A DNA stretch of 63,854 bases, counting the filler, from Chiloscyllium plagiosum (Eukaryota): the NCBI RefSeq assembly GCF_004010195.1. It is 4 parts of one record of this genome, joined end to end, with 100 filler letters (N's around TTAATTAATTAA, not from the genome) between each part and the next. Parts side by side here need not be neighbours in the genome. Positions count along the whole stretch, not along the records: positions 60,109 to 63,854 come from NC_057711.1; 3 more parts are not named here. The stretch is one strand, 5' to 3'. Position 1 is the first letter of the stretch. Each line of letters begins with the position of its first letter. The position numbers and the translations under genes are program-made. Below the pieces are notes generated by a model. That model made no database searches. It was not told the origin of the DNA and worked only from the letters and a program-made list of their open reading frames with translations. Below, piece after piece: positions 61,097-63,854 of the stretch.

Positions 61097-62990
61097 TCAC
61101 CTGTAATGTGACATGAACCCAAGGTCCCGGTTGAGGCCCTCCCTATGGGTACCGAACTTAGCCTCTGCTCGGCCACTTTTCTCTGCTGCCTGTCCCAAAG
61201 TCCACCTTGGAGAATGGTCACCTGAAGGTCCGAGGCTGAATGTCCTGGACCACTGAAGTGTTCCCCAACTGGGAGGGAACCCTCCTGTCTGTTGATTGTT
61301 GTGCGGTGCCCATTCATCCGTTGTCGTAGCCTTTGCTCGGTTTCCCCAATGTACCTTGCCTCCAGGCATCCTTGCCTGCAACGTATAAGATAAACAACGC
61401 TGGCTGAGTCACATGAGTACCTGTCATGTAAAAGGTGAGAGGTGTCCCCACGCGTAATGGTGGTATCTATGTCCACAATCTGACAGCGTCCACCGTGACA
61501 GGGTTGTATGGAGTTGTCCTGAGAGCCAGGCAGCTTGCTACAAACAACAATCTGTTTGAGGTTTGGCGGTTGTTTAAAGGCGGGCAGTGGAGGTGTGGGG
61601 AAGGTCTTGGTGAGGTGCTCATCCTCTTTGCCAATGTGTTGCAGGTCACGAAGAACATGGCGTAATTTTTCAGCTCCTGGGAAGTACTGAACAACGAAGG
61701 GTATTCTGTCAGTTGCAGCACATGTCTGTCTCCTGAGGTAGTCATTACGGTTCCTTGCTGTGGCACGTCGGAACTGGCGGTCGATGAGTTGAGCATCGTA
61801 CCCTGTTCTTGAGGGCATCCGAGTACTTCCAGGTGTCCGTCAAGTTCTTCCTCAATCAGAGCAGATTCGGTGTACGCGTTGGGCTTGTCCATAGAGGATG
61901 GCTGTTTTAATATGTTTTGGGTGGAAGCTGGAGAAGAGGAGTAGCATTGTGAGGTTGTCTGTGGGTTTGCGGTAGAGTGTGGTGCTGAGGTGTCCATCCT
62001 TGATGGAGACGCACGTGTCCAAAAATGAGACAGACAGTCGAGAGTAGTCCATGGTGAGTCACTGTGTAGTTTTATCAGTGACTCCTCACCATGGGTCCAC
62101 AGGAAGAAAATGTCATCAATGTTCCTGGTGTATAATCTTGGTTGGAGATCCTGCATCGAGAAAAGTCTTGTTCGAACCTGTGTGAAAATGTTGGCATATT
62201 GGAGTGCAAATTTGGTCCCCATGGCTCATCCGTGTGTCTGGATGAAGAACTGGTTGTCAAAAGCCCAAGACGTTGTGCTCAAGGATAAAGCGGATGAGTT
62301 GTAGGACAGTGTTGAGATTGGCAGTTGTTGGTGTCGAGTACTGAGGCTGGTGCCGCGATGCTGTCATTGTGGGGGATGCTGGTGTAGAGTCCATTGTGAC
62401 GAGGAATGTTCCTGGTTCGACTGGTCCGTGGGTGCTGAGTTTCTGTAAGAAATCCATAGTGTCGTGACAGAAGCTGGAGATCCCCTGTACAATAGGTTTC
62501 AAGATGCCTTCCACATAGCCGGAGAGATTCTCTCATAGGGTCCCATTGCCCGACACGATGGGACGTCCTGGTGTGTTGGCTTTGTGTACCTTTTGGAAGG
62601 CAGTAGAAGTCACCTACACGAGAAGTACGTGGGATGAGGGCGTGTAGGGAACTCTGAAGGACTGGATCCAAAGTTCTGATCAGTGTGTTTAATTCACGGG
62701 TGTGTTCTTTGGTCGGATCAGCTGGTAGTTGCCTGTAGTGTTCCTGGTTGTTCAGTTGTCGGTACACTTCCTTGCAGTAATCTGTTCTATTCTGAATGAC
62801 AGTGGCTCCTCCTTTATCTGCTGGTTTCATGACAATGTTGTGATTGGTTTTGAGGCGCTGGATGGCATTGTGTTGTGAACGGACGATGTTTTGTTCTACC
62901 TTTTGGGTACGGCTGATGAATCTGGCATTTATATATTTCCTGACAGTTTGAGCATACATGTCAAGCCCAGGGCAGCTGCCTTCCGGTGGG
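61097..62990 (-). pseudogene. Penelope RT-GIY-YIG endonuclease pseudogene, frameshifted
   Basis: IVMKPADKGGATVI; FYCLPK; MGTKFALQYANIF; RNIDDIF; LYRKPTD; PCHGGRC; VVYLIRCRQGCLEARYIGETEQRLRQRMNGH; GLNRDLGF. Confidence 0.92.
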
Positions 62991-63576
62991 GTCCAAGTTG
63001 ATCGCTCCGCTACAGATCCGTGTCAAACACGCGCGCACACACACACTTAAGACACTCTGCACTCACTATACACACACACACACACACACACACAGACAAA
63101 GACCCACATGCACACACATTCTGTGGGGTGAATTTGTAATTGCAGGGTTACATTGTACTTTGCTCAAAAATTGCATGAATTCATGTAAAACTCCGTTACC
63201 TCACTTTTTACATTAGAATCAATCTAAACATCATGGCATAGATAGAGAACACAGGGGGCCAACACCTTCAACATATTGTCTAGCTATCACCATTGTTAAC
63301 AGCAAACCCAAGAATGCAACTTTTTAATTAATAAAAAAGGTTTTGTGATTTACACATGAAAGAAGTGAAACTATCACTGTATTATAACAGGTGAAAGGCT
63401 GAACAATCAATTTTTCAATGTATAATTTCAGTTAGGTCACACTAACTTTTTGCTATAAATTCTGCGTATTAGGATTGAGTCCTCCACTACCACCTGATGA
63501 AGGAGCGTCGTTCCAAGAGCTCGTGTGCTTCCAATTAAACCTGTTGGACTCTCACCTGGTGTTTTGTGATTTTTAA

Positions 63577-63715
63577 CAGCATTTATGGCAGATATAATCC
63601 GCAGTAACCCTTAAACTCTGTTAGCTCTCACATCTGACAAGAAGCATATTTCACTCTAATAAAGGCCATTTTTGGTTCTTCACAATCTACAGACCCAGAA
63701 AGTAACACCGTCTTA
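63577..63715 (-). mobile_element. CR1 ORF1 start fragment
   Basis: Matches 36592-36735. Confidence 0.75.
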
Positions 63716-63723
63716 GAACATAG

Positions 63724-63854
63724 ACATAGACCGACTCCCACAGCTACCTGGACTACACCTCCTCCCACCCTGCCCCCTGTAAAAACGCCATCCCATTCTC
63801 CCAATTCCTTCGTCTCCGCCGCATCTGCTCCCAGGAGGACCAGTACAAAATACG
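63724..63854 (+). mobile_element. Penelope RT C-terminal fragment running off the window
   Basis: TDSHSYLDYTSSHPAPCKNAIPFSQFLRLRRICSQED. Confidence 0.85.

Larger units (their letters stand above)
60410..63576 (-). mobile_element. Neptune-type Penelope-like retroelement, 5'-truncated, with inverted pLTR
   Basis: RT and GIY-YIG remnants on -; 3' pLTR at 60410-61095 is the reverse complement of 63020-63300. Confidence 0.9.

Noticed and set aside
60427..61818. 463-aa ORF as a single intact protein
   Set aside because: Chance read-through from a frameshifted GIY-YIG region through pLTR sequence into a nested second element.

Overview
Repeat-dense, apparently intergenic or intronic vertebrate DNA; no host protein-coding exon could be supported. 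The repeat set (HE1-type V-SINEs, HER1/CR1 LINEs, SacSINE1-like DeuSINE, Rex-Babar, Tx1, Penelope-like elements) points to a cartilaginous fish, probably a shark (inference). It is a draft scaffold with N-gaps, three of which carry an artificial TTAATTAATTAA linker. All recognisable ORFs are decayed transposon proteins. Highlights: (1) about 20 short Penelope pseudo-LTR-derived inserts, many carrying minimal hammerhead-ribozyme motifs (CUGANGA-A-stem II-GAAA plus a palindromic stem III), often as fold-back hairpins flanked by target-site duplications (TSDs), in several sequence families; (2) a 1.95-kb ORF1-only L1 derivative (HAL1-like) with intact 5' end, A-rich tail and 16-bp TSD; (3) a Gmr1-like Ty3/Gypsy element with PR-IN-RT-RH order and a SCAN-like gag; (4) a Neptune-type Penelope element with an inverted pLTR; (5) local tandem and inverted duplications and a few candidate enhancer islands. 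Most boundaries were read by eye and are approximate.
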